A stretch of DNA of 64,000 bases from positions 32,178,001 to 32,242,000 of the forward strand of contig OY740800.1 of NCBI GenBank assembly GCA_963514005.1, in the 5' to 3' direction. The notes under the pieces were generated by a model, which was not told the origin of the DNA, ran no database searches, and was given only the letters and a program-made list of their open reading frames with translations. Shown one piece after another: positions 10,413-22,627 of this stretch (positions within the stretch are counted from its first letter, which is position 1; every line of letters begins with the position of its first letter). The DNA comes from Raja brachyura. Taxonomy: Eukaryota. A program made the position numbers and the translations under genes.

Positions 10413-10633
10413 GACCTTGGTTTCACATCTGCCGTAATCTTGGGTAGAGGTGCCCCAGCCCTTATCCTAAGCAACCAAAGGGCAGCACTGATGCATCACC
10501 CTGCATATATTGCTAAGCAACGTTGCATCCATGTGGATAATGCTCTGGTGCTTAAAGCCATACCTGCGATGACTGCATCACCAGGCTCTACTGAGGCCCG
10601 TCACAACATACCTGTCAGGCCCTCCATTCGTTT

Positions 10634-10835
10634 TGTGTAGGAAGGACCTGCAGATGCTGGTTTCAACTGAAGATAGACACAAAATGCTGCAGTAACTCAG
10701 TGGGACAGGCAGCATCTCTGGAGAGAAGGAATGAGTGGTGTTTCGGACTGAACATGGGTCTCGACCCAAAACGTCACCCATTCCTTCTCTCCAGAGATGC
10801 TGTCTGTCCCGCTGAGTTATTCCAGCATTTTGTGC
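10634..10835. mobile_element. Penelope-derived fold-back repeat
   Basis: Two inverted arms of the same repeat family. Confidence 0.8.
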
Positions 10836-11239
10836 CTTTCCCCATTCGTTTTCACCCACTTATCATCCTAGTGTCCAATTCAACCCATTCATGCTGTCCA
10901 CATGCATCAACTGCAGTGCAGATAACTCCACCATTGCTTGTTCCCTCCTCAAACCAAAAAACCATACCTCGAATAAAAACGTCCTCACTTATTTAACCAA
11001 CATTGCAGCATGTTTCATTTCATTTCAGCAGTCTGAAGAAGGGTATCGACCCGAAACATCGCCCATCCTTTGAACATTCTTTTCCCCATCCATTTGCCCA
11101 GCTGGCATTTTGCCTCAAAATCCAACTCAGGACTCCACTGCCTCGCAATTCTCCTCTATTTTGACTCTCAAACAAATATTGCAAATTGTCAGACTTTCTC
11201 TCTTTACCCTGACCCTTTCTTTCGTGATTTGAACACTTA

Positions 11240-12616
11240 AACCCCTGTCTCACGGTGCGAGTTGGCCCACGAGTGACCCCGAGTTTTCACTCGTGGTGAT
11301 CACGTACAGCCAACGTAGTGGGAACGTCGGAACTCGCGCGATCAACTTGTCCACTCGTGCCGCTAACGGCATGTACCTGTGAAACTTGTGAACTCGTGAA
11401 AAAAGTCAAACATGTTTGACTTTTTCCACGAGTCAAGTTTCGTGGTCAAGTTTAAAATTGAAACATTTAAACTCAGAGTTATATCGTAGTGGCCCGTGCG
11501 TTAAGTTTAGTGATTCGTGCGTCTACCGTGGGAACTCTTTAATAGACACAAAATGCTGGAGTAACTCAGCGGACCAGGCAGCATCTCTGGAGAGAAGGAA
11601 TGGAGTCGAGACCCTTCTTCAGACTTACCCAAAACGCCACCCATTCCTTCTCTCCAGATATGCGGCCTGTCCTGCCGAGTTACTCAAGCATTTTGTGTCT
11701 ATTTATACTTTAGTTTCGGATATGATCAAGTGTAAGAAACGCAAACCAGACTACCTTCACATCAGAAAATCCTAATGTTCCTAATTTAGCCGAGGCACTT
11801 CACTGTCCGTGTGTAGGAAGGAACTGCAGATGCTGGTTTACACCGACGATAGATACAAACATGCTGGAGTAACTCAGCGGGACAGGCATCGCATCTGGAG
11901 AGAAAGAATGGGTGATGTTTCGGGTCGGGACCCTTCTTCAGACTCCCCGCTCTTTCTTCCCTCGTCGATGTGAACTTGTGGGGGTGCGAGGAATCGGGCG
12001 TCGCTGGGTAAGGGGAAGAGAGGTTTTACTGCTGAATTATGCGCAACAGAGGCATGAAGTGGGGGTAAGGTCCGTTTAAACTATCTTGTCGCCCCCCCCC
12101 CCCCCCCCCCCGCAATGTTGGGAGAGAGAGGGAAGAGAGTTGTGCAAACAAACCACGGGAGACTGCATCTTTGGAGGGAAATCATAAAATGTATAGGGAT
12201 GTTTTGGGCCGGGACCCTAAAGGTTGACTACCCGTTTCGCAGATGCCGTTCCTAGCCCCCCTCTCACTCCTCCCCACCCATAGTCTTTGCCTTCTCCCAA
12301 TTCCACCATCCCTCGCCCCCCCCCCCCCCCCCCAAACCTGTCCTCGCCTGAACTGCTGAAGATAACCGAGTGCTTTAAATGCGAATCCCGGACTGCGGCA
12401 ACAACACACGCCCTGAGCGGGAGAGGAACTTGGTAATTCAAGAGCAAACGGGAGGGGAACTTGGTAACTCTGGAGACGATCTCGGAACATCGCAGATTAC
12501 CATACCCGTGGGAACTCGCCTCAAACACTTGCACATCAACTTGGAATATCGTACACAACCACGAGTCTGTCACTCTGGGTCACTCGTGTGTCAACTCGCA
12601 CCGTGAGACAGGGCCT
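11240..12616. mobile_element. Non-autonomous Harbinger-type DNA transposon with nested fold-back repeats (~11541-11702, ~11809-11943)
   Basis: ~45-bp imperfect TIRs CCTGTCTCACGGTGCGAGTTG..CACGAGTGACCC; TTA on both flanks. Confidence 0.8.
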
Positions 12617-12694
12617 TTACTAGCTTAACAAAATTACATTAGTTTAACAAGACTAAATAATTTTCTCCCCGAAAAATGCACAGGCAGATTACCC

Positions 12695-13000
12695 AGTTAT
12701 TCAGTGAAACTGCACTGTGGGAAGGTCTGCCTCTTTGCCCAGAGGTCCAGACTGACATCACACTGATATGGAAACGATGCACAGCATCTTGTTGAAGAGC
12801 AGATGCGTTATAGTCTATGTTTATTCCTCAATCAACATCACCAAAGCAGATTACACAGTCATTATCACATTACTGTCTGTTAGCCCTCTATCAAAATTAG
12901 CTGCCGTCTTTCCTATTACAACGATAACTACATTTTAAACATATTTCATTGGTTGAGATGGTCTGAGGTTATAAAAGACACCATATAATTGCAATTACTT
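12695..13000 (+). mobile_element. Ancient Deu-domain SINE (AmnSINE1/SacSINE1-like) remnant
   Basis: TTATTCCTCAATCAACATCACCAAAGCAGATTA..GTCATTATCACATT..TTAGCTGCCGTCTTTCCTA..CTGAGGT..ATATAATTGCAA resembles the Deu-SINE body and tail; second copy on minus strand ~25040-25205. Confidence 0.55.
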
Positions 13001-13399
13001 TCACAACTAATTTAACAATTTGTCTTTGGAGCTGTAAAATTGTTCTCAAAACCTAACAGGTCGATTGTTGGTGTCTTCTGTGCAAAGGTAGCTGCCTCTT
13101 CAGCTGGTTCTCAATTCTCCACCGAAATGGTTCAGAAAGCAACTCAGTTATGTTTGGTTGACTTTTCGAAGGGTGGTAATGACAAGGCTATGAACTAGGA
13201 AATGGGTTTAACCCATATAACTAAATATTTGCCATCATGAATGCAAAGGGTTTCTTAGTCATAGAGTCATCGAATCATACAACGTGGAAACAGGCTCTTT
13301 GGCTGTGTTATGTTTCTGGCATGTGGCATGTCATTTTTCCATTTCTGGTCCACCACTTTATTTGGTCTGTTTCTAGAATCTGTCTGGATGGTCTTTCAG

Positions 13400-14025
13400 A
13401 TCACTAACAGTCTGACCTGGTCAAATAACATCTCATCAACAGTTAAGAGAGCGCAGCACCGGTTGCACTTTCTGCGCCGGATGAGAAGAGCTCACCTCCC
13501 CCATCCTGTCCTCACCACTTTCTACAGGAGCACCATAGAGAGTATTTTGACCAGCTGCATCTCTGTCTGGTTTGGGGACTGTAAAGCCACCGACTGGAAG
13601 TCCGTGCAGAGAGTGGTGAGGACAGCTGAAAAAATCATCGGGACTTCTCTCCCCTCAATCGGGGATATTACGACCAAACGTTGCGTGTCTAAGGCCAGCA
13701 GTATTATAAAAGACCCCACACATCTCCATCACGGACTGTTCACTCTGCTGCCCTCGGGCAAAAGATATCGCAGCATAAGGAGCAGAACATCAAGGTTCTG
13801 CAACAGCTTCTTCCCACGAGCCATCAGACTCCTGAATGCCATGTAATGGGCTGCCACCATTGTCTATTTTATCCTTTTATCCATTTTATCCTATTATCCA
13901 TTTTATCCATTTTATCCTTCTTTTTATTTTCATGTTGCACGGGGAGCCAAATGCAACGGAAGTTCGTTTGGAATTGCATATATCGATGTATTTCTAAATG
14001 ACAATAAAGTTTGTTTGACTTGACT
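13400..14025 (+). mobile_element. Rex1/Babar LINE 3' fragment
   Basis: LTWS.N....VKRAQ.RLHFLRR..FYRSTIESILT..LLPSGKRYRS..SFFPRAIRLLN; 3' UTR with AATAAA and (TTGAC)n. Confidence 0.88.
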
Positions 14026-14904
14026 ATTGAATTGTCTGTAGCGTTCTTTGATGTTTCTGTGGATGGTCTGTTCTGCCTTGATTAGATAAGTGGGAGCCAT
14101 GGAAAAGATAGCGATTAAATCACCCAGTATATAGGAAACATTCCTGCTTGATGAGGGCTGAAAATTGTGAAAATACTGGCAAGAATAATATTGCTGATAC
14201 AGGGGAGGTGTCTTGGGACTAGAACACTTCAAATAGAGTCAAAGTGTCACACATCCTGGAAACAGGCCCAACTTGGCCAACATGTCCCAGTTACACTAGT
14301 GTCCACCTGCCTGTTTTTGGCCCATATCCCTCCAAACCTGTCCTATCTATGTACCTGTCTAACTGTTTCTTAAATGTTGGGATAGTCCTTGCTGCAACTA
14401 CCTCCTCTGGCAACTCGTTCCATACATCCACCACCCTTTGTGTAAACAAGTTACCCCTCAGATTCCTAATCTTTTCTCTTCTATGCTCTTTGTTTCCACG
14501 ATCATGGGTTTCAGTGGTAAAAGAAAGATTCAGTTATTCTTCACAAGGGACAATGAGTACCATCCTTACCATATCTTGAGGAAAAACAGAATAGAACTGA
14601 CAGGAACTGAATCCTATTTTCATTTGGTTCACAAACCAACCATTGGACCAATCGTGCTGCATATTGAATCTGCTTGGAAACTGTCCGTTGTCACTGAATT
14701 TCTGATAGCAATGTATCACTGGTTTAAACATAGAACTTGATACTTTCAAAGATAACTAACGCACCCACAGTATGCACCAGGTTTGATTTTAATGCATGCA
14801 ATTTGTGAACAGCACCCCTGCAATTTCCCAAATTATGTTGCTGGTCATAAGAAATGTGCTGAGAAGAGCACCCTTTCATAATCGCACCAACGTGCAGTGA
14901 CTTA

Positions 14905-15130
14905 AGGGCCTGTCCCATTTGGGTGTCATTTGCAAATCCCAAAATTTTGCAAATGACACCCACTGCGTGTCATTGCCTACGTCACCACGCACCATGCACA
15001 CGTAATGCGCACCATGCGCGCATAATGAATACCATGCACGCATCATGTGCGTGTCATGACGAGCGTTTCGTGACGCATAAATGATGTCGCGTAAATGACG
15101 CGCAAATAACGTCCAAGTGGGACAGGCCCT
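14905..15130. mobile_element. PIF/Harbinger-type MITE, same family as 6711-6884
   Basis: TIR AGGGCCTGTCCCA; TTA TSD; shared internal sequence. Confidence 0.85.
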
Positions 15131-15159
15131 TTAATCCTCTGCTGGGCTATCAGTTTCTG

Positions 15160-16925
15160 AGATTGATACAAAATGCTGGAGTAGCTCAGCGGGACAGGCA
15201 GCATCTTTGGAGAGAAGGAATGGGTGACATTTTGGTTCGAGACCCTTCTTCAGACTGAAAGCCATGGGAAAGGGAAACGAGAGATATCGATGATGATGTC
15301 GAGAGATACAGAACAAATTAATGAAAGATATGCAAAAATAACGGTGATAAAGGAAACAGGCCATTGTTAGGTGAGAACGGAAAGCATGTGTGTAGGTATG
15401 TTACAAAACTTACCTTTAGCGGCGCTGCACTTCTGCCGCTCCCCGTGTGCGCGCCTTTCGCGCCTTGCAGAGGGGGGCGGGCTTAAAGTGCCGTTTTTCC
15501 ACAGGCCTGGATAATCGATGAATGTCGGGCGATTTGGTTGCTGAAGAAAAATCGCTCCGACATTTCATCAATGAAGGTTTTTTTAAATTACTCTAGATTA
15601 TTTATTAACTAGAGTAATTTAAAAATCACCTTCAAAAGCCGTGACCGCAGACAACCGGAAGCATTTTGCGCAGGGAAGAAAAAAAGGTAAATACTTTATT
15701 TTTATATTAAAAGTTGGTTTTTCGGGAGGCAATAATATTTTCATGTTGCGAAATGGGGTCCCCAAAAAATGTATGGACCCCCAGTATTTTTCCCCCCGAC
15801 TTCACCGCTAACCGCAACGTTCCAATCCACCGCATTCCGCTAAAACCCACTCGCTAGTTGATTTAAATGGCCATTAATTTACAGGCATTAAACACTAAAT
15901 TCCTTCCATTTGGCCCAGAAATTCATGAAAATGAGATTTAAAAATGATGTTATATTGTGGATTATTGTGTGAATGTTATTTGGACACTTAGGTAATTTTT
16001 AAAAAGTTTATCTTTTCTAAGAAATTGATAGATGTTTAGATCTACTTATTGAATTTTGTAATTAGCTACAATTAGATAACTAACTAATTATATGCTTTAA
16101 TTTCAGGTAATCCAAGTAAGATTGTTTAATATTTGTTTCAGAATGCTTCAATCTATAATAACTGAAAATTTCATTGAGTTCTCTTAATTTTTAAGAATGT
16201 TATGGACATTTAACTTTTCCAGATCACAGCTTTTGAGTTAAGTCAATTGAAAGGCAATGGGAAGCAAGATGCTCATTTCCGAGTATGAAAATGGCCATAA
16301 CTTTCTTAATACTGAAGATATGAAAGTAAATTAGGTGTCAAATTAAACTTCTTTTTATGCTTTATCTGATGGGATAAATTGCAGACTTGATTTTTTAAAT
16401 CTCAAAATTTTGTAACATTGCTAATGTGTGACTTGGGTGGGGGAGGGATCGAGACAGAGGGTCTGCAGGGATTACTTGAAGTTAGAGAAATCAATACTCA
16501 TAACCCTGGGTTGTAAGCAGCCAAAGCAAATTATGAGATGCTGTTCCTCCAGTTTGCGTTGAGCCCCACTCTGACAATGGAGGAGGCCTAGGACAGAAAG
16601 TTCAGTGTGGGAATGGGAAGGGGAATTAAAGTGTTCAGCAACTGGGAGATCATGTATGTCCAGATGGTCTGAGTGACGGTGTTTAGCAAAACGATCGCCC
16701 AGTCTACATTTGGTCTCGCCGATGCATACGAGTCCACACCTTGAACAACGGATACAGTAGATGAGATTGGAGGACGTGAAAATGAACCTCGGCCAAACCT
16801 GAAAAGACTGTCAGGGTCCCTGGATAGAGTCAAGGGAGGAGGTGTAGGAACACCAGGTGTTGCATCTCCTGTGGTTGCAGGAGAAGGTACTTGTGGAGAG
16901 GGTGGTTTGGGTGGGAGGGGATGTC
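15160..16925 (-). mobile_element. Penelope-like element remnant (Cys-rich linker, GIY-YIG, terminal repeat), interrupted by a DNA transposon
   Basis: Minus strand reads TFSCNHRRCNT..SSNLIYCIRCSRCGLVCIGETKCRLGDRFAKH..KLEEQHL; terminal repeat at 15160-15260. Confidence 0.85.
15393..16423. mobile_element. Non-autonomous DNA transposon, TAG-starting 16-bp TIRs, 7-bp TSD (hAT-related?)
   Basis: TAGGTATGTTACAAAA...TTTTGTAACATTGCTA flanked by ATGTGTG (15386-15392, 16424-16430); second copy at 62785. Confidence 0.88.
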
Positions 16926-18532
16926 AACTGCTTCAGATCTGCAATGAAGCCTGCAGGACCAAAAAATACTAATTGACAGAGAGAGTGTGATAGCAGCCCT
17001 CTATCCCTGTGCTCCACTCCCTTGGTCTCTGCCCAAGATCTCTCGGACAGTTGTACTCAGGAAGATGAGAAACCCTTCAAGGTGACACAGAATGTTGCAA
17101 ATACATTGAAATGTTCCGTCATAATTCTACCTATTACAGGAAAGTGGAATTGTTTGCCACAGAAGGCAATGGAGGCCAATTCGCTGGATGTATTCAAGTT
17201 AGATAAAGGGGTAACAGAATCAAGGGATATGGGGAGAAAGCAGGAACGGGGTACTGATTTTGGATGATCAGCCGTGATCATATTGAATGGCGGTGCTGGC
17301 TCGAAGTGCCGATTGACAACTCCTCCTGCGCCTATTTTCTATGTTTCTATGTTTTTATGAAATCCTCCTCTCATCAGCCTTGATAAATCAGGACATTCAA
17401 GTGTCTTACGTCAAAATCCAAAAGCAATTGGCGAGTCCAGCAAGATAAATATTTAACAAATCATCCAACTTCACTACAAATTTGTTGGGTTCTTGATGGT
17501 GTTGGAATCATGGCATCCTAGCAGTAGGGTGTACACCAAAAATGATTAATCACATGAAATGTTTAAAGATATTTAAACAAGCTGACAAGCTATTTATAAA
17601 TAGAATTCTTTCTTCCTTGCTAATGTCTTAATGCCTTTCAGATTTGAAGAATGATCGTATCAATACCTCCTCAGCATCAGCGCCTCAAGCAAGAAGACAG
17701 GGGTAATGGGAAAAAAAAGAAATTATCCTCATCATTAGTGACGGGTCAACCACATTTCTTCTCATGTAATATTTAACTCTGAGCACCACGCATTCCTAAA
17801 TCAAGGTTAAGGAGTTAATTTTTTTTTTTTCCTAATGTACTTTGATTAGAGTTATTGCGAGGCTTTGTTCTTTTATTTCATAGACTAGGGTCAGGATGGT
17901 GAAATACCCCGTGGATCAGAAAGGTCTGAATGCCTCTGCTCCTCCCCCCTTCGAATTCAGATACAAAGTGGTCCTAATTAAGAATGAAAGCCAGAAACAC
18001 GTCCCTCTTACTTTTGGCTGTGAGTTTGTGGCAGCGTAATGGTGCTATTACCCTACCGCAATTACTTTAACTCAATCACAGTTACAATAATGCAAACAAA
18101 CCATTCCATGTCCGGGGGGGTTGTTTTTTATTACACTTAAAATAAGTGTGTGGGAGTTGCTGATACATGGCACGAAGTAGACAGGTTACCAAGTGAACCA
18201 TTGGGGCAACTGAACCATCCCACAACAACTAGAGAGCAGATCTGAGCAACTACCTACCCCATTGGAGACCCTCAGACTATCTATGATCGGGCATTACTGG
18301 CTTTATCTTGCACTAAATGTTATTCACGATATTCCCTTTATCATGTGTCTGTATAATGTGGATGACTCGGTTGTAATCATGTCTTGTCTTTCCACTGACT
18401 GGTTAGCACACAACAAAAGCTTTTCACTGTACCTCGGTACAAGTGACAATAAACTAATGACTAAGTGTCGTTAACATGAGAAGACCTGCAGTGAGGCAAA
18501 GGAAGGTAGGTGGAGTGCTCCAAGGAGATTTT

Positions 18533-19428
18533 AATTGAATTGAATTTCATTTCATTTTGTCGTTCAGACCGAATTTTGTTGCCCTTGCAGTCATACATAT
18601 AATAAAAATGACAAAAACACACAATAAACACAAATTTAACATCCACCACAGTGAGTTCACCAAACACCTCCTCACTGCGATGGAAGGCAAAATCTTAAAG
18701 TCTCTGGCTCTTCCCTCTTTGTTCTCCCTCTGCGCCGAGGCGATCCAGGCTTCAGATGTTGTGACCCCACCGGGTGATGGTAAGTAAGCCCCGCGGCTCA
18801 ACCGTGCTCCGCGAACGGGCCGATTCAAACTCCGCGGCCCTGGGGTGGTCGAAGCTGCCGCCCTCCAGTCCAGCGGACGAAGCTGTTGTTGCGGGAGCAC
18901 CGGAAAAACAGGTCACCAACCCGTGACCTGCGAGCTCCCGACGATGTTGTCCACTGGGCCCACGGCCAAGTCCACCGGGCCCACGGCTGAGCCTCCGAGG
19001 TCAGGCCGCTGCCGCAGCTCCGAGGCCGAGTCGGGTCGCCGCTGCCGCTATCGCCACTACAGCTCCGGGACCGAGTCGGGTCGCTGCTGCCGATGCCGCC
19101 GCCACCGTCACAGCTCCGGGGCCGAGTCGGGTCGCCGCTGCCAATGCCGCTGGAACGCCGCCACAGCCCGAGGCCGCCAGCTCCGCCATTAGGCCTCGGC
19201 GCAGACGGAGACGAAGACTGGGAGTACGACAGAAAAAAGTCGCACTCCCCCGAAGGAAGCGGCCAAAGACATGCTCCCCCCCCCCCACCCCCACACACAC
19301 ACACACACACACACAACCTAATAAAACAAAATTAACTAAAAACAGGACAAAGGAACAGAAAAAAAATAAAAAAACAGACGGACTGCAGGCGGGCAGTAGC
19401 TGTTAAGCTAGCGCCGCCATCTTGCGTG
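18533..19428 (-). mobile_element. Non-autonomous retroelement with GC-rich VNTR and (AATTC)n tail
   Basis: Homologous to 25927-26826; 5' end CAAGATGGCGGC; internal repeats CAGCTCCGAGGCCGAGTCGGGTCGCCGCTGCC. Confidence 0.7.
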
Positions 19429-20421
19429 TCCAAGTGCATAAAGGGCCTTAGGAGATCAGATAATGAAGACCTCCATAGTAAAGATCATAAATAGTTGGTC
19501 CATGTTTTAGGGTCATAAGAACATAAGGAATAGGAGTAGAATTAGGCCATTGAGGCCCCCCCTTCCCACCCCACCTCATTCCTCTAAACTCCAGCGAGTA
19601 CAGGCCCAGTGCCGACAAACGCGCATCGTAGGTTAACCTGCTCATAGGTCTTTAGGGGCATACAGCCCTTTCACATCTGGTACTTGCTCGCACGTCTGTG
19701 ATGTGGCTCTGAATGCATCTGAATTCCGCTGTCTGTGTAAGATTCCCAGTTTGGGCCATTCCGAGTCTCTGTGTTTGACTGTAGAAGAATGTTTGCGCGG
19801 AGGAATGAGGTCTGAGTCGTCTCCTGGCCCTGGCATTTATGCCAATTGCAGATAATTAACAGCAACAAGAATTACCCATGATTCAATTTGTCGCTACATG
19901 CTCATTTGTGAGCCTGCCAAGTATTGCTGGATTCACACACATGCATTTAATAGATGGCATTCCTCCAAATGAATTAGAAAAGGTGTTGTCGGATAATTAG
20001 AAATAATTCCAACCAAATACTTTATTTTTTTCCCCCCACACAAAATCTTGTGATTTTTGAAGCCATGCACACTCCTCTTCGGGAGAAATCTATAATGGCT
20101 CCTCCACATCCATGGCAGCTGCCTTGTGGTGGTGAGCCACCACTAATCTTTCCTGTACATGCCAGATGAGTCCGTGCTTTCCTCGGGTCCCGTCATGAAC
20201 CATCTGGGGGTCATAAGGTCAATAAGGTAATACATGACAGGGGTAGAATTAAGCCATTCGGCCCATCAAGCCTACACCGCCTGCAGCTGAGGTCAACCTC
20301 AGATTAGTGGGGATCATTGTGGGGAACAAGAGTGGCATGGTGACATCATTGATCTTGACTTTGGTTGTGTTACCGTTGACAGCTCTGATGTACACAACGG
20401 TCTTGGTGTCTAAGTGTATAA

Positions 20422-21232
20422 AGGGCCTGTCCCACTTAGGAGACCTCCACAGCAACCTCTGGTGACCTTGCCCACCACCCATGGTCGCTGCAAGGTCGCC
20501 ACGAGGTCACAGGAGGTTTTGGTCACTCTCCCTAATGGTCGAAAGTGGTTTCTGCGTGGTCGAGGCTCCATCTAGGTTGCTGCTTTTCTTTCATCATGAT
20601 TAAAACCGGCCTCGACTAAAAATAGGTTGCCGTTTGCTCGAAGGGCAGTGGAATGGGGTCGCTATTTACTTACAGACAGTCGAAGGCAGCCATAGGCAAT
20701 CTCTGTAGGCTAAACCAGCCATTTTGTTGGCTCATTGGAGTTTCACCACCTAAAAGACTCACCGGTAGGTCCAATGACCGCTAACTTTATTATACTTCTT
20801 AAAACTGTCTCCACTCCTTCTCCCCCCTCCTCCTTCTCTCCCCTTTCCCTTCCCCTTCTGTTCTCTCCCCCATTCACTCCCCCTTCTCTCCCCTTCTGTC
20901 TCCCTTCTCTCTCCCCTTCTCTCCCCTCCCCCACTCCCTCCCACCGCGCTCTTTAAAGGACTTCCCGTACTCTGTGGCAGCCGTTTACCTTCATCTTCAT
21001 CGTGCAGACAGCGCTACTCCGCTCTCCATGGCCGCCACCTTCACGATGTGTTTGTGTGTGTGTGTGTGTGTGTGGTCTGTAAATGCAGCTCGTGCTTCGG
21101 TCGATCCACCTTACGGTTTCAACGCGGCCGGTCGATCCAGCTCGAGGCTTCCCAGGCGAGTGCCCTCGAGCTTGAAGGTCGAAGGCCCTCTTCTGGACTT
21201 GCGGATTAGGTCGCCCAAGTGGGACAGGCCCT
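20422..21232. mobile_element. PIF/Harbinger-type non-autonomous element
   Basis: TIR AGGGCCTGTCCCACTT / AAGTGGGACAGGCCCT; TAA and TTA flanks. Confidence 0.82.
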
Positions 21233-21249
21233 TTACTCTCTGAAAATGA

Positions 21250-21640
21250 CAACACAAGTAGATAAAGTGGTTAAAGAAGGCATATTGTATGCTTGGTTTC
21301 ATTGGTCGGAGCATTGAGCATAAGAGTTCGGAAGTCATGATGCAGCTCTATCGGATAATGGTAAAGCTGCATTTGGAGTATTGCGTGCAGTTCTGATTTC
21401 CCCATTACAGGAATCATACAGAGACTTTGGAAAGGGAGTAGTGGAGATTTACCAGAATGGGGCCTGGAATGAGGATTATTTGAGGTTGGACAGACTTGAA
21501 TTGTTTTCTCTGGGACACCTGAGGTTGAGGGGAGACCTGATAGAAGTATATAAAATTATGAGGCATAGATAGGATGGACAGTCGGAACCTTTTTCTCAGA
21601 ATGGACATGTCAAATTCTAGAGGGCGTAGCTTTAAAGTAT
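21250..21640 (+). mobile_element. CR1 LINE ORF2 3' fragment
   Basis: Degenerate HLEYCVQF..L.LFSL...RLRGDLIEVYKIM. Confidence 0.8.
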
Positions 21641-21924
21641 GAGGCTCCACTCTTTCCTAAGATTGATCAAAATTAATATGCTTCTGCTTGGCCTGCTAAG
21701 TGATGAGTGCAAGTGATTCTATGCTGCACAACACTTACCTATTTCTGGTCTAATCTCTGTCCTGACCAATCATAATAGAGAAAATGCACTCAGAATATAT
21801 TCAAAGCCTTGAGTCCATGCTTCAGGAGCAGATAGAACCCCTGTGTAAAAGAAGTAACAAGTAGGCTACCTCATGAACTAATCAACACCCCCTGCCCCAT
21901 CGGACACCCCAGTCCATGGATTCG

Positions 21925-22443
21925 TAAGTTCATCTGTGATAGGAACAGAATTAGGCCATTCGGCCCATCAAATCTACTCTGCTATTCAGTCATGGCTAAT
22001 GTATCTTTCCCTCTTCACCCCATTCACCTGCCTTGACCTCTGACACCCATACTAATCCAAAATCTATCTATCTCTACCATAAAAATATCCATTGACTTGG
22101 CCTCCACAGATTTCCATGGCAGTGAATTCCACAGATTCACCACCCTCTGACTAAATAAATTCCTCCTCATCTCCTTCCTAAAGGAATGTCCTTTAATTCT
22201 ACGTTTATGACCTCTGGCCATACGCTCTCACACTAGTGGAAATATCCTCTCCACATCCATTGTGTCCAGGCCTTTTAATATTCGATAAGTTTCAATGAGG
22301 TCTCCCCTCATTCTTCTAAACTCCAGGCAAACGCCTGTCATATGTTAAGCCACATTCCTGGGATCATTCTTGTAAACCTCCATTGGACCCTCTCCAGAGA
22401 CAGCACATCCTTCCTCAGATATGGGGCCCAAAATTGCTCACAA
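21925..22443 (-). mobile_element. CR1 LINE 3' fragment
   Basis: RRNLFSQRVVNLWNSLP plus CR1 3' UTR (GGCCGAATGGCCTAATTCTG). Confidence 0.8.
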
Positions 22444-22569
22444 TAAATCCATGGTGATTCCCACATTGATGTGATCAGCCACCTTGGAACCAGAGATTCC
22501 ATCCTTGATCCCAAAGAGACATTTTAGTGAAAGTTTCTCCATTAGCAGTAATTTATTCACATTACTCAC

Positions 22570-22627
22570 TTCCAACCCTTTCCTGTTCCTACTTCTGATA
22601 TTCCATCCACTTCAAAGCTGTGCTGGC
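22570..22627 (-). other. Candidate host exon (GQHSFEVDGISEVGTGKGW)
   Basis: TTCTTTGCTTCTTCAG acceptor; AA|GTGAGT donor; one open phase. Confidence 0.3.

Noticed and set aside
12693-12787. Minus-strand exon with an FN3-like peptide (AVHRFHISVMSVWTSGQRGRPS)
   Set aside because: It overlaps what appears to be a decayed Deu-SINE, so the splice sites and peptide are probably coincidental.
13050-19832. Further minus-strand exon candidates (~13056-13187, ~14573-14719, ~19666-19830)
   Set aside because: Weak or multiple alternative splice sites, several open frames and no recognisable protein; not distinguishable from pseudo-exons.
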